DNA from: Rubripirellula sp.
GTDB lineage: Bacteria; Planctomycetota; Planctomycetia; Pirellulales; Pirellulaceae
Length of the DNA: 64,000 bases
Assembly (NCBI GenBank): GCA_965216875.1
Contig: OZ244207.1
Coordinates: forward strand, 7,488,001-7,552,000
Reading direction: 5' to 3'
Below are positions 1 to 10,324 of this stretch, one piece after another. Under the pieces are notes generated by a model, which saw nothing but the letters and a program-made list of their open reading frames with translations, searched no databases and was not told the origin of the DNA. A program made the position numbers and the translations under genes. Numbering within the stretch: position 1 is the stretch's first letter; every line of letters begins with the position of its first letter.

Positions 1-1
1 C

Positions 2-2365
2 GCGGCGGTACGCGGCCCTGAGTTTGGCGAGTTTGAAAAACGGACCGAATTGCCTCGTGAGAAATTCACGATCTTCAAAGTCTCGCCTTCGCCAGTCGAT
101 CCAGAAAAGCGGTTGGCCGCTGCGGCCGCAACGGTGTCACGTTCGAAAGCGGTCGAACGCGTCTCACCTATCTTTGCTGTAGGCGATGCTTATGCGATGG
201 CGACCGAGCGGTTGTTGGTTGGGTTCACCAGCGCCAAAGCATCGAAAGACTTCATCGACGATTTTGAAGAGGTGATTTCAAAGGAAGGCAACGAGTACGT
301 CGTGCGGCTTGCCAGTGACGCCGACCCGTTCAAGTCCGCTGCGGATCTGATGGAATATGAAGGTGTCGAATACGCTGAGCCTGACTTTGTCAATTTTGGC
401 TCGCACCTGCCGCGGCGTGTGATGCGTTCGAGCGATGACAAAAAGGGCACCGGTTCGTCGGAAGTCGACCAGTATGCCATTCGCATCACGCAGGCCGTCG
501 AAGCTTGGCAGTTGCAGAAGGGAGACCCCAAGATTCGTATCGCGATCCTCGACGAAGGTGTTGATACCGGACACGAGGATTTGGCATCGATCATCGTTGG
601 TAACTACGACGGCGTTGATGATGACGATTTTCAAGAGCCGAAAGATTGGGATGCGCATGGCACGGCGTGCGCAGGTTTGGCGGCGGCAAGACATGACAAC
701 GAAATCGGGGTCAAAGGAATCGGCGGTGGTTGTTCAATTCTAGCGGTTCGAATCGCATACTCTGCGAGTCGAGGTGCCAACTGGACGACACGCAATTCTT
801 GGATCGCTCGCGCGATCGATTGGTCATGGAGGAATGACGCCGACGTGTTGAGCAATAGTTGGGGCGGCGGAACGCCATCAGCTGCGATTGCCAATGCGTT
901 CCACCGTGCACGCAGTAAAGGACGAGGTGGTAAAGGCGCCGTGTTGGTGATGGCTGCAGGCAACGCCAATCGCTTGCACGATTTTCCGAGCAGCTTGGAC
1001 GAAGTGTTGACGGTTTCGGCAAGCAACGAATACGACGAACCCAAGACGCCCACCAGTCGTGATGGCGAACGTTGGTGGGGATCGAGTTATGGCCCGAAAG
1101 TTGATGTTGCCGCGCCGGGCGTACACAACGCGACCACCGATAACTCTGGCCCGCGCGGTTACAACCGTGTCCATGGCGAGGCCGGGAACTACACCCCTGC
1201 GTTCAATGGCACGTCTTCGTCGACTCCCATTGTTGCGGGGGCGATCGGGTTAGTGCTTTCGGCAAACCCTGATCTAACCGAGGCGGAGGTTCGCGACATC
1301 ATCCGCAACTCTGCCGACAAGGTTGGAGACATTCCCTATGTCAACGGTCGCAATGATCGCATGGGGCACGGACGGCTCAACGTGCTGCGGGCCGTCAAGA
1401 TGGCCAAGGAAACCGAGGATCGGGTTGTCCCGACAGGGCTGCATGCACCGGTGACCAACGAGGTTGGAGATTCCGAAGCGGAGGTCACCCTGATCGCGGT
1501 CAAGCACGCGACGGTTGGCTCGGCGGCGACCGATGGCCATCACGAATCCGACGGTCAGGAGTCGCTGCCGCAAGAGAAAGCGCGGGGCGCTGGAAAGCTA
1601 GCACCACCGCCGGCTCCGCAAGCACCTGACATTAGCGGACTTCAAGACATTGCGACGGCGTCCTACATCGACATGCCGTCGCCAGAAACCGTTCATGGTG
1701 TTGACGATCGTCGACGGATCAAATCGACAAAAAACTATCCATGGCGGGCGACGGCATCGTTGGTCATCACCGCGCGTGACGATTCGTCATGGATCGGAAC
1801 GGGGTGGTTCATCGGACCGAACACGTTGGTCACAGCAGGACATTGTGTCTATATCCACCGACCAGAGCGTCCCGAACGTCATGGTTTTGTCAAACGCATC
1901 GTTGTGATCCCGGGCCGCAATGAGAATGAAATGCCGTACGGTTCCGCGGCGTCCGAAACGTTCTTCTCAGTCAAAGGTTGGACGGAACATGGACGAAGCG
2001 ACTTTGATTATGGGGCGATCAAGATCTCGACGGGTCTTGGTGACAAGGTTGGTACCTTGGGCTTCGGTGTTTTCGGGCGTGACGATCTGATGAGTGTCAC
2101 CGGTAACATTGCCGGCTACCCGGGGGACAAGGAAAAGGGCACGCTTTGGTATGACCACAACCGGGTCGCGCGCGTGTCGGATCGCAAGATCTATTACGAC
2201 ATCGACACCGCGGGCGGGCAAAGTGGTGCTGCCGTTTACAAGTTCGAAGATGGCCAACGCATTGCGTTTGGGATTCACGCCTATGGGGGCGCGATCAATA
2301 ATTCGGCGACGCGTATCACGACACCCGTTTTTCAGAATCTGACCAATTGGAACGAGGACGATTGA
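2..2365 (+). CDS. S8 subtilisin-like serine protease fused to a C-terminal trypsin-fold (V8/glutamyl endopeptidase-like) protease; 5'-truncated by the window edge
   Basis: Frame is open from base 2. S8 triad motifs ILDEGVD, HGTACAG, FNGTSSSTP. C-terminal S1 motifs TAGHC, DYG, GGQSG. Confidence 0.9.
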   Translation, partial: AAVRGPEFGEFEKRTELPREKFTIFKVSPSPVDPEKRLAAAAATVSRSKAVERVSPIFAVGDAYAMATERLLVGFTSAKASKDFIDDFEEVISKEGNEYVVRLASDADPFKSAADLMEYEGVEYAEPDFVNFGSHLPRRVMRSSDDKKGTGSSEVDQYAIRITQAVEAWQLQKGDPKIRIAILDEGVDTGHEDLASIIVGNYDGVDDDDFQEPKDWDAHGTACAGLAAARHDNEIGVKGIGGGCSILAVRIAYSASRGANWTTRNSWIARAIDWSWRNDADVLSNSWGGGTPSAAIANAFHRARSKGRGGKGAVLVMAAGNANRLHDFPSSLDEVLTVSASNEYDEPKTPTSRDGERWWGSSYGPKVDVAAPGVHNATTDNSGPRGYNRVHGEAGNYTPAFNGTSSSTPIVAGAIGLVLSANPDLTEAEVRDIIRNSADKVGDIPYVNGRNDRMGHGRLNVLRAVKMAKETEDRVVPTGLHAPVTNEVGDSEAEVTLIAVKHATVGSAATDGHHESDGQESLPQEKARGAGKLAPPPAPQAPDISGLQDIATASYIDMPSPETVHGVDDRRRIKSTKNYPWRATASLVITARDDSSWIGTGWFIGPNTLVTAGHCVYIHRPERPERHGFVKRIVVIPGRNENEMPYGSAASETFFSVKGWTEHGRSDFDYGAIKISTGLGDKVGTLGFGVFGRDDLMSVTGNIAGYPGDKEKGTLWYDHNRVARVSDRKIYYDIDTAGGQSGAAVYKFEDGQRIAFGIHAYGGAINNSATRITTPVFQNLTNWNEDD

Positions 2366-2637
2366 TGCCGGATCTTTGGTCGCTCAACCTTTGCGTTGTC
2401 GATCCCCAAGGTGGCCCCGTCGAGATGGCCGCCGTAAGTATTTCCGCGTCGTCACATCCGGTTGCCGATGTCGCCGCGTGTACCTCGGCGTCCGGTCGGG
2501 TTGCCATCGATGTGCCGTCGAGTGGTCGCTACACGATCACCATCGTCGCCGACAAGGGACGACGAGCCTCGGTTGAGGTGGAAGCGGTGACCGACGATGC
2601 GATCACCACCATCGCTCTCGATGATGGTGAGGAATGA
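2365..2637 (+). CDS. Small hypothetical beta-sandwich protein (carboxypeptidase-regulatory-like pattern)
   Basis: ATG overlaps the protease stop (TGATG). Pattern VVDPQGGPV..TSASGRVAI..GRYTITI. Confidence 0.6.
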   Translation: MPDLWSLNLCVVDPQGGPVEMAAVSISASSHPVADVAACTSASGRVAIDVPSSGRYTITIVADKGRRASVEVEAVTDDAITTIALDDGEE

Positions 2638-2658
2638 TGGCGGGGGCGTTGCTGTCAA

Positions 2659-4116
2659 TCAAGCGATGACGTCGTGGATCGGTTCGACTTCTTCGACGCC
2701 AACAAGTTTCTGGTCCAATCCGCTATAGAAGTAGGAAAGGTGGTTGGGGTCGAGGCCAAGTTGGTGCAGGACGGTCGCGTGCATGTTTTTGACATGCAAT
2801 GGGTTTTCGACAGCACGAGAACCGAGTTCATCCGTGGTGCCGTAGCTAACGCCGCCCTTGATGCCGCCGCCAGCCATCCACATGGTGAAACCGTACGCGT
2901 TGTGGTCCCGACCGGAGCCTTTCGCGTATTCGGCGGTCGGTTGGCGACCGAATTCGCCACCCCAGACGACCAGTGTTTCGTCCAACATGCCGCGCTGCTT
3001 TAGGTCGGCAAGCAAGCCGGCGATGGGCAGGTCCGTATTTCCGGCGTGTTTGTTGTGATTGACTTCAAGGTCACCGTGGGCGTCCCAGTTGTCATCGTTG
3101 TGGGCGCCGCCACTATAGAGTTGGATGAATCGCACGCCCCGTTCAACGAGTCGTCGTGCCATCAAGCAGCGTGTTCCAAAGTCTTTGGTGCGGTCCTTGT
3201 TGATTCCGTACAAGTCGAGGGTTTTGGCGTCTTCCTGCGAAAGGTCGACGGCTTCGGGAGCAGTTGATTGCATGTTGAACGCAAGTTCGTAACTCGCAAT
3301 GCGTGAGGCCAAGTCACTGTTACCATCGCGTGTCGATAAATGACGTTGGTTCGCGTTTTGAATCGAATCGATCAATTCGCGTTGGACTCCGCTAGGCAGG
3401 TCACTCGGAGGAGCCAAGTCGAGAATGGGCGCACCCTTGCTTCGGAAGACTGTTCCCTGGTAGGTCGCTGGCATGTAGCCGCTGCTCCAGTTCTTGGCGC
3501 CACTGATCGGACCACCGCTAGGGTCGAGCATGACGACAAAACCAGGAAGGTTTTCGTTGACGCTGCCCAGGCCGTAGTTGACCCAAGAGCCGAGCGCTGG
3601 CGATCCGGACAGAATGCGTCCGCTGTTCATCATCAGCATCGCCGAACCATGAATCGGGGAATCGGCGGTCATCGAGTGAAGGAATGCGATGTCGTCAACG
3701 TGCTGGGCGACATTGGGAAACAGCGAACTGACCCATTTGCCACATTGGCCGTATTGTTTGAAATCCCAACGAGGTTCGACGATCCGTCCTGAGTCACGAT
3801 GGCCACCACGGCCATGCGTTTTGACTTTGACCGTCTTACCGTCCATCCCTTTCATGATCGGCTTGCGATCAAAAGTGTCGATGTGACTTGGGCCACCGTA
3901 CATGAATAAGAAGATCACCGACTTCGCTTTGGGTGCGAAATGGGGTGGCTTGGCTGCCAAGGGACTTGTCCACTCGGACTCCGCGGCGGATGCGTTGCCA
4001 AAGAAACCGTCGCCCGCGAGCATCGACGTGAGCGCTGCGGCACCAAAACCTCCGCCAGTTTGCCAGAGGAACTCGCGTCGCGTGCGTCCGCAAAAGTCTC
4101 GTCGCTTCTTGGTCAT
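2659..4116 (-). CDS. DUF1501 family protein with Tat-like signal
   Basis: TRREFL, AKSVIFLFMYGGPSHIDTFD, WDAH, WGGEFGR, GRDH motifs. Start placed at MTKK; the ORF extends to 4182. Confidence 0.92.
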   Translation of the reverse strand: MTKKRRDFCGRTRREFLWQTGGGFGAAALTSMLAGDGFFGNASAAESEWTSPLAAKPPHFAPKAKSVIFLFMYGGPSHIDTFDRKPIMKGMDGKTVKVKTHGRGGHRDSGRIVEPRWDFKQYGQCGKWVSSLFPNVAQHVDDIAFLHSMTADSPIHGSAMLMMNSGRILSGSPALGSWVNYGLGSVNENLPGFVVMLDPSGGPISGAKNWSSGYMPATYQGTVFRSKGAPILDLAPPSDLPSGVQRELIDSIQNANQRHLSTRDGNSDLASRIASYELAFNMQSTAPEAVDLSQEDAKTLDLYGINKDRTKDFGTRCLMARRLVERGVRFIQLYSGGAHNDDNWDAHGDLEVNHNKHAGNTDLPIAGLLADLKQRGMLDETLVVWGGEFGRQPTAEYAKGSGRDHNAYGFTMWMAGGGIKGGVSYGTTDELGSRAVENPLHVKNMHATVLHQLGLDPNHLSYFYSGLDQKLVGVEEVEPIHDVIA

Positions 4117-4174
4117 CTTGATCTCAATCGGGAAGGGCGTTGTGGTGGTTGGGTCTTTTGGAGGGGCCAGCGGT

Positions 4175-6637
4175 TCAATCAAGGAACAGGAATTCGTTCC
4201 AGTTCATAACGGTCATGCAGTAGAGTTGGGTCGCGCGGTCACGGGGCACTTGGTGTGTGGTTTCCAGTTGCTTGATCAACTTGCTGCCTTCGGCAACTTC
4301 CGCGTCGGTCGCTTCTCGTGAAAGGACGGCTCGAACGGTGCGGCGGACCACTTGTTCATTCTCGAGTTCGTTGGCGCCCATTGATTCGGCCAAACGCTTG
4401 GCTTGTTGGTGAATGAAGTCACCATTCAACATCGCGAGTGCTTGGCCTGGTTGCAGCGTTGCAAACCGTTCTTCGCACGTCAGGTCGGGGTCTGGGAAAT
4501 CGAAGGCGGAAAGCAAAGGTGTCAGCAGCGAACGTTTGACGTGGATATAGACACTTCTGCGATTGCGATCTTGTTCGGAAGAGTTACCCCACCCGGCACC
4601 GGGACGGGATTGGCCGGCCAAAACTTCACGCGACAACTGTGGGTAGAAACTTGGACCGTAGACCTTTCGGTTGAGCGTTCCGTTGACGGCCAAAACCGAA
4701 TCGCGAACCTCCTCGGCGCTGAGCCGACGGGGGTTGAATCGCCAAAACAAATCGTTTCCAGGATCGATTGCTTGTCCGTCTTCGCGGTTTGCCGACGACA
4801 TTTGGTAGGCGTTGCTGGTCATGATCAACTTGTGCAATCCTTTCAGACGCCAGCCGTTGTCGATCAAGCGATGGCCGAGCCAATCGAGCAATTCGGGATG
4901 CGTCGGCGGCGTGCCTCCGAATCCAAAGTTGTTGCTGCTGCGGACGATCCCTCGCCCAAAGTGGAATTGCCAGACACGGTTGGCCATCACACGAGCGGTT
5001 AGCAAGTTGTCGTCGCTGGCAACCCACTCGGCCAAGACACGGCGGCGGCCGGAGGACTTGGCGTCATCATCGCGATCGGGAATATCGGGAGTTTGACCGC
5101 CGAAGATCTCAGGGAACTTTGGTTGAACTTCGTCACGTGGCGAATGCGGGTTGCCTCGGAAAAGCAACTTCGTGACCCGCGGTTGCGGTTCGCATCGAGC
5201 GAGCCCCATGACCATCTCTCTGGCCGGCAAGCGTTTCGCTTCTTCAAGGATGCTCGCGAGTTGTTTCTTAAGATCCTGGTACTCGGTCCATTGAACCTTG
5301 CTGAGGTGGTCTTTGAGTTTTTCCTTGAGAACTCGGTTGCGATCCCGTTTGGGGCCTTCGGTAGCGCGCTGGTCGGGAGCATCCATTTTCTTGATGCCTT
5401 CCTGTTCCAGTTTTCGAATCAGCGTTTCGGTTTCGCGCTTGCGGTGATCGTTGTCCTGGTACTTCTGGTTCAATTCGTCGCTCGAAACGTCGATTTGATT
5501 GTTCGAGCGTTGATTCCCACGCGTGCCCCACGGCGTCACATCTGCCATGAAAGCCAGCAGACTGTAGTAGTCCTTCTGTGGGATCGGATCGATCTTATGG
5601 TCGTGACAGCGTGAGCAATTGATGGTCAGACCAAGGAAGGCCTGCCCCGTCGTCATGACGATATCGTCCATGTTGTCGTAAAGTGACAACAAAGGATCGG
5701 CCGGTTCGTCGTCCCAGATGCCAAGGCGGTAGTAACCCGTTGCGGTCAATGTCTCGATCGTGACATCGTCAAGTTCGTCGCCGGCAAGCTGTTCTTTGAT
5801 GAAGGTGGAGTACGGTTTGTCTTCATTGAATGACTTGATCACATAGTCGCGATACTTGAACGCGTTCGGTTTTGGGCCGTCTCGCTCATAGGAATTGGTT
5901 TCGGCATAGCGAACAAGGTCCAGCCAGTGTCGCCCCCAGCGTTCACCGTAGTGATCTGATTCGAGCAGCTCGTCGATGAGCTTCTCGTAGGCATCCGGGT
6001 CGGTGTCGTTGACAAAGTCGTGCACCTGCTGGGCCGTCGGTGGCAACCCTGTCAAATCGTAATAGGCTCGTCGAATGAGCGTTGTTTTGTCGGCGCGGCT
6101 ATTGGGTTTCAGGCCAGCGGTCGACATGTCGGCATAAACAAACGCGTCGATCGGGTGCTTGCTCCAAGCGTCGTTGTCGACTGGCGGTGGTTCACGGTCG
6201 AGCATCGGTTCAAACGCCCAGTGCTTGCTCCAATTGGCGCCTTGGGTGATCCATTGGGTAAGGACTGCGATCTCTTTTTCCGACAACGGGTCACCCTCGG
6301 GCGGCATCCTTTCGAATTCGTCTTCGGACCGAATCCGCGCGATCATCGCACTCGCCTCGGGCTTGCCGGGAACGATGGCGGGATCACCCGAGTCGGTTTC
6401 AGCGAGGGCGTTTTCGCGACTGGTGAAACGCAGACTTCCTTCGGCATCGTCGGGGCCGTGACAGGCAAAGCAACGCTTGGCCAAGATCGGCTGGACCTGT
6501 TTGATGAAGTCGATCTCAGCGCCGGTCGGATCGGCTCCGGCAACTGGAGTGACCGCGACGGAAGTGATAAGGGATGACATCAACGCGATGGTGAGAGCCG
6601 TGCGTCGATACAGCGTGGGTAGAAAGATTGGTTTCAT
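4175..6637 (-). CDS. Planctomycete cytochrome c / DUF1549 / DUF1553 (PSCyt1-2, PSD1) protein
   Basis: CFACH and CSRCHDHK heme motifs, GERWGRHWLD, ARVMANRVW, PTHPELLDWL. Start uncertain (ORF extends to 6709). Confidence 0.92.
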   Translation of the reverse strand: MKPIFLPTLYRRTALTIALMSSLITSVAVTPVAGADPTGAEIDFIKQVQPILAKRCFACHGPDDAEGSLRFTSRENALAETDSGDPAIVPGKPEASAMIARIRSEDEFERMPPEGDPLSEKEIAVLTQWITQGANWSKHWAFEPMLDREPPPVDNDAWSKHPIDAFVYADMSTAGLKPNSRADKTTLIRRAYYDLTGLPPTAQQVHDFVNDTDPDAYEKLIDELLESDHYGERWGRHWLDLVRYAETNSYERDGPKPNAFKYRDYVIKSFNEDKPYSTFIKEQLAGDELDDVTIETLTATGYYRLGIWDDEPADPLLSLYDNMDDIVMTTGQAFLGLTINCSRCHDHKIDPIPQKDYYSLLAFMADVTPWGTRGNQRSNNQIDVSSDELNQKYQDNDHRKRETETLIRKLEQEGIKKMDAPDQRATEGPKRDRNRVLKEKLKDHLSKVQWTEYQDLKKQLASILEEAKRLPAREMVMGLARCEPQPRVTKLLFRGNPHSPRDEVQPKFPEIFGGQTPDIPDRDDDAKSSGRRRVLAEWVASDDNLLTARVMANRVWQFHFGRGIVRSSNNFGFGGTPPTHPELLDWLGHRLIDNGWRLKGLHKLIMTSNAYQMSSANREDGQAIDPGNDLFWRFNPRRLSAEEVRDSVLAVNGTLNRKVYGPSFYPQLSREVLAGQSRPGAGWGNSSEQDRNRRSVYIHVKRSLLTPLLSAFDFPDPDLTCEERFATLQPGQALAMLNGDFIHQQAKRLAESMGANELENEQVVRRTVRAVLSREATDAEVAEGSKLIKQLETTHQVPRDRATQLYCMTVMNWNEFLFLD

Positions 6638-6968
6638 CGCGAAGCTTGGTGGGGCTCTTCGGGACAGGTGCAGTGCCGATGATGGCTTCGTTGGCGGGTG
6701 TTGCGGCAAGGGTAAGCTGTTGCAGCAATCGGATGCGAGGCAGTCCCAAGGGGTGAATCGCGATCCGCTCGATCACCACCATTGTGACACGCAGCGAAGG
6801 CGTCGCCAATGAGAACAAGCGTTCTTTTACTGAGATATGTTCCACACGAATCATGCGCAATTGTTGATAAAGGTCGTGTTTTATCTCGTGTTTGATGTTA
6901 GTCTTGATGCTGGCGTTGAGAAATATTCTTCCAAGCCGGCTTCGTCTCTTTGGGGAGGATCATCAACA

Positions 6969-8159
6969 TTGTCGACCGCTGAAACCGACCTGCCCTTAAC
7001 CGTCAACGCCACGAAAAGGCCGCACGTTTTGTTGATGATCGAGACGACCACGTCATTCGGACGCGGTGTTCTCGAAGGCATCGGACGCTATCTCGTTGAA
7101 CACCCGCCCTGGTCGGTCCAGCTCGATCTGCGTGAATTGCAAACCACGGCCCCCGCGTGGCTCGATCGTTGGGAGGGTGATGGAATCATCACTCGGACGG
7201 CGACACCCGAAATGGTCGAGTTGATTGATCGACTTGGGATTCCCACAGTGAACCTGACCGACATTTACGGTCGACAAGATTTGCCATCGATCTGGAATGA
7301 CCATGATGCGATCGGTCGTGCCGCCGCCATGCATTTTCTAGAACTCGGTTTGACCCAATTCGCCTACTGTGGGTTTAGCGACCATCACTGGTCCAAACTG
7401 CGTCACACCGGTTTCAAGGACAAACTGGCCGAGCATGGTTACGAGTGCGCCAGTCACGCGTCGGACTGGGCTTTGGCCAAGCACACCGGTTGGGAAGACC
7501 AGCAAGAGCAGATCGTGGGTTGGCTACACGATCTTCCGAAACCGATTGGTGTGATGGCGTGCAATGATTTTCGCGGACAACATGTGTTGGAAGCATGTCG
7601 AACGGAAAAGATCGCTGTGCCAGAACAGGTTGCGGTGTTGGGCGTCGATAATGACCACGTGGTTTGCGACTTTTGTCAACCACCGCTGACAAGTGTCATT
7701 CCTGCTGCCGAACGCATTGGGTTTGAAGCGGCCGGAATGCTAAGCAGGTTGATGAACGGCGAAGAGATGCCAAGTGATCATGTCACTATCCAACCGCTCG
7801 GCATCGCGTCGCGACAGTCGACCGACTTGTTGGCGATTGACGACGGCAGTGTTGCCGCGGCACTCAAAATCATTCGCGACCGAGCTTGCCAAGGTCTGAC
7901 TGTTGATCAAGTGCTACGTGAGGTGCCCATCGCACGCAGTTCGCTCGAGCGTCGGTTTCGCAAATACGTCGGCCGTTCGCCTCAGGCCGAGATTCGCGAC
8001 GTCCAACTGAAGAAGGCTCGGCGTTTGCTGCGCGATACAGATTTGCCGCTCGCCCAAATCGCATCACTCACCGGCTTCAAGCATTCCGAGTACTTCAGCG
8101 TTGTCTTCAAACGCGAAGTCGGCACAACGCCGGGACGGTATCGGCTAGGCAGCCGTTGA
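6969..8159 (+). CDS. XylR-type transcriptional regulator (periplasmic-binding-like domain plus AraC HTH)
   Basis: VPEQVAVLGVDND, C-terminal IASLTGF..YFSVVFKREVGTTPGRYR. TTG start preceded by GGAGG. Confidence 0.9.
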   Translation: MSTAETDLPLTVNATKRPHVLLMIETTTSFGRGVLEGIGRYLVEHPPWSVQLDLRELQTTAPAWLDRWEGDGIITRTATPEMVELIDRLGIPTVNLTDIYGRQDLPSIWNDHDAIGRAAAMHFLELGLTQFAYCGFSDHHWSKLRHTGFKDKLAEHGYECASHASDWALAKHTGWEDQQEQIVGWLHDLPKPIGVMACNDFRGQHVLEACRTEKIAVPEQVAVLGVDNDHVVCDFCQPPLTSVIPAAERIGFEAAGMLSRLMNGEEMPSDHVTIQPLGIASRQSTDLLAIDDGSVAAALKIIRDRACQGLTVDQVLREVPIARSSLERRFRKYVGRSPQAEIRDVQLKKARRLLRDTDLPLAQIASLTGFKHSEYFSVVFKREVGTTPGRYRLGSR

Positions 8160-8237
8160 GATTCCTGTTTGGAATTCCCACTCGATCAAAGGCGGTGTTG
8201 CCAGCGCTGACGGTTGCGGCGGGCACAGTCCGGATGG

Positions 8238-10259
8238 TTATGCCGACATCTTCACGCTGCCGCAGAGGCTTTGGTAGAAGCGATTGCGGCCAATCAGTTC
8301 GTGGTGTTTGCCAACGTCCGACACTTCGCCACTTTCAATCACAACGATTCGATCGGCCATAGCAAGGCTCGTGGGGCGATGAGTGATCATGATGCCGGTA
8401 CGCCCAACAAGGAACTTTTCGAGGGCTTGATGAATCAACTGTTCGCTCTCGAGGTCAATCTGACTGGTTGCTTCATCCAAGATCAAGATGTCAGGGTTCC
8501 TCAGGAAGGCTCTTGCCAAAGCGATGCGTTGCATTTGACCGCCAGAGAGTCGCATTCCGCCGGCACCCAAAACGGTTTTGTATCCGTCGGGTGTCTTGCG
8601 ACGAATGAACTCGTCCGCAAAGGCGAGTTTCGCCGCACGCACCACCGCGTGTGAGTCGGCACCGGGTGTGCCATAGCGAATGTTGTTTTCAATCGTGTCG
8701 TCAAACAAAACGGTTCGCTGGGTCACCAACGCGATTCGGCGGCGCAAGTCGCGAATCCGCAATTGATCAATCGCGGCGTCATCAAGGCTGATTTGACCGC
8801 CTTGCGGATCGTCAAATCGACAGAGCAGGCTCACGAGCGTGCTCTTGCCACAACCGTTGGGGCCGACAACCGCAATCGTTTCACCATGTTCGATCGACAG
8901 GTCAATCCCGCGCAAGACCATTGGCCCCGAGGGGTATTGATAGGTGAGGTCGCTAAATTGAATTCGCTTGTGTGGTCGTGGCGTGTCGATCGCAACTTCG
9001 GGGTCGCGAACGCGGACCGGTTGGTCGATCACTTCGTAAACGCGAGTCGTGGCGGCGATTCCGCGTTGCAGGCCGCTCCATACATCGGTCAGCTTCCGGG
9101 CGGGATCCGAGGCACCAATCAAGAAGCCAAAAAAGGCGAGGACCTGGCCAACTTCAAGCGGTTTGTCGCTCATGCGTAGTCCGAACAGGTGCGTCTGCTC
9201 GTTGACGATCAAGTAACCACCGGCAAGGATCGCCAAACCGACCGTGATCATGCCCAACATCTCGCTGCTGCTTCGAGCAAGCGTGTTGTAGAAGGACATC
9301 TTCATCGATTTACGGAAGTAAGCTTGAATACCGCGGTTGAATTTGGCGCGTTCGAAGGCTTGTGTGTTGAAGGCTTTGACGACTCGGATTCCAGCAAAGG
9401 AATCGGTCAACATGCCGTACAACTGGCTCATCTCTTCCATCGCTCTTCGACTGGCTCGTCGAATCGCACGGCTGAGGTGATGCATGACCAGCGCAACGAC
9501 CGGTGTGACCACGAGTACCAGCAACAACAGACGCGGGCAAACATAGAAGGCCAAACCCAAACAAACCGCCATCTTAAGCGGTTCGCGAATCAATCGCCCT
9601 AGCAGCACGGTTAGCCCGGCGGAGACGTTGGCGATGTCGTTGGTCAACCGCGCCGTCAATGCCGCGGAACCGTTTTCGCCAAACGAATCGAGATCAAGGT
9701 GCAGGGCTTTGCGGAAGAATATCGAACGCAGTTCAACTGACGTTCGCTCGGAGACATACTGCACCATCAGCATGTTGCACATCAGCGCGACAAGCTTGAT
9801 GGCTGTCCCGCCGACCAAGATCGCCACAATCAAAACCAAAGTCCCGAACGCACCCTCTGGCGCATACTCGTTGATGGTGGGCTGGGCCATTTTGAGGTAG
9901 TGGACCGACTCGGTGATCGCGGTCTTGGTCACTTCGGCCGATTCGATCTGCCGTTTCAGGCCGCGCTTGGTTGCCTCATCGGCGACCTTCATTTCGGCGG
10001 TCAGCCTGGCAACCTCATCATCGATGTTTGCCACTTTTTCAGCGGAATCAGCAATCCGTTTTTCGGTGTACGCCGGAATGCTGTCGCCCTTAAAGACCAC
10101 TTCGACAAGTGGATAGAGCGTTCCAATATTCGCCCCCCAAAGAAGGGCGATCGTCAGCGAGGTGAACAGGATTCCGCCGAGCGCCCAGCGGCGACGAGCG
10201 GCGATCCTGAGAATTCGCGAGAAACTAGTCATCAGTGTCGGGTCATCCTTGACGTACAC
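8238..10259 (-). CDS. MsbA-like ABC exporter (fused permease and ATPase)
   Basis: Hydrophobic N-half, Walker A GPNGCGKST, LSGGQ signature, Walker B ILILDEATS. Confidence 0.92.
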   Translation of the reverse strand: MYVKDDPTLMTSFSRILRIAARRRWALGGILFTSLTIALLWGANIGTLYPLVEVVFKGDSIPAYTEKRIADSAEKVANIDDEVARLTAEMKVADEATKRGLKRQIESAEVTKTAITESVHYLKMAQPTINEYAPEGAFGTLVLIVAILVGGTAIKLVALMCNMLMVQYVSERTSVELRSIFFRKALHLDLDSFGENGSAALTARLTNDIANVSAGLTVLLGRLIREPLKMAVCLGLAFYVCPRLLLLVLVVTPVVALVMHHLSRAIRRASRRAMEEMSQLYGMLTDSFAGIRVVKAFNTQAFERAKFNRGIQAYFRKSMKMSFYNTLARSSSEMLGMITVGLAILAGGYLIVNEQTHLFGLRMSDKPLEVGQVLAFFGFLIGASDPARKLTDVWSGLQRGIAATTRVYEVIDQPVRVRDPEVAIDTPRPHKRIQFSDLTYQYPSGPMVLRGIDLSIEHGETIAVVGPNGCGKSTLVSLLCRFDDPQGGQISLDDAAIDQLRIRDLRRRIALVTQRTVLFDDTIENNIRYGTPGADSHAVVRAAKLAFADEFIRRKTPDGYKTVLGAGGMRLSGGQMQRIALARAFLRNPDILILDEATSQIDLESEQLIHQALEKFLVGRTGIMITHRPTSLAMADRIVVIESGEVSDVGKHHELIGRNRFYQSLCGSVKMSA

Positions 10260-10324
10260 GTCGCCTCAAGCAACCGAGTTGTTGTCCCCTTTTTGCCGAG
10301 GAAACACGCGTTGGATTGAGGTGG

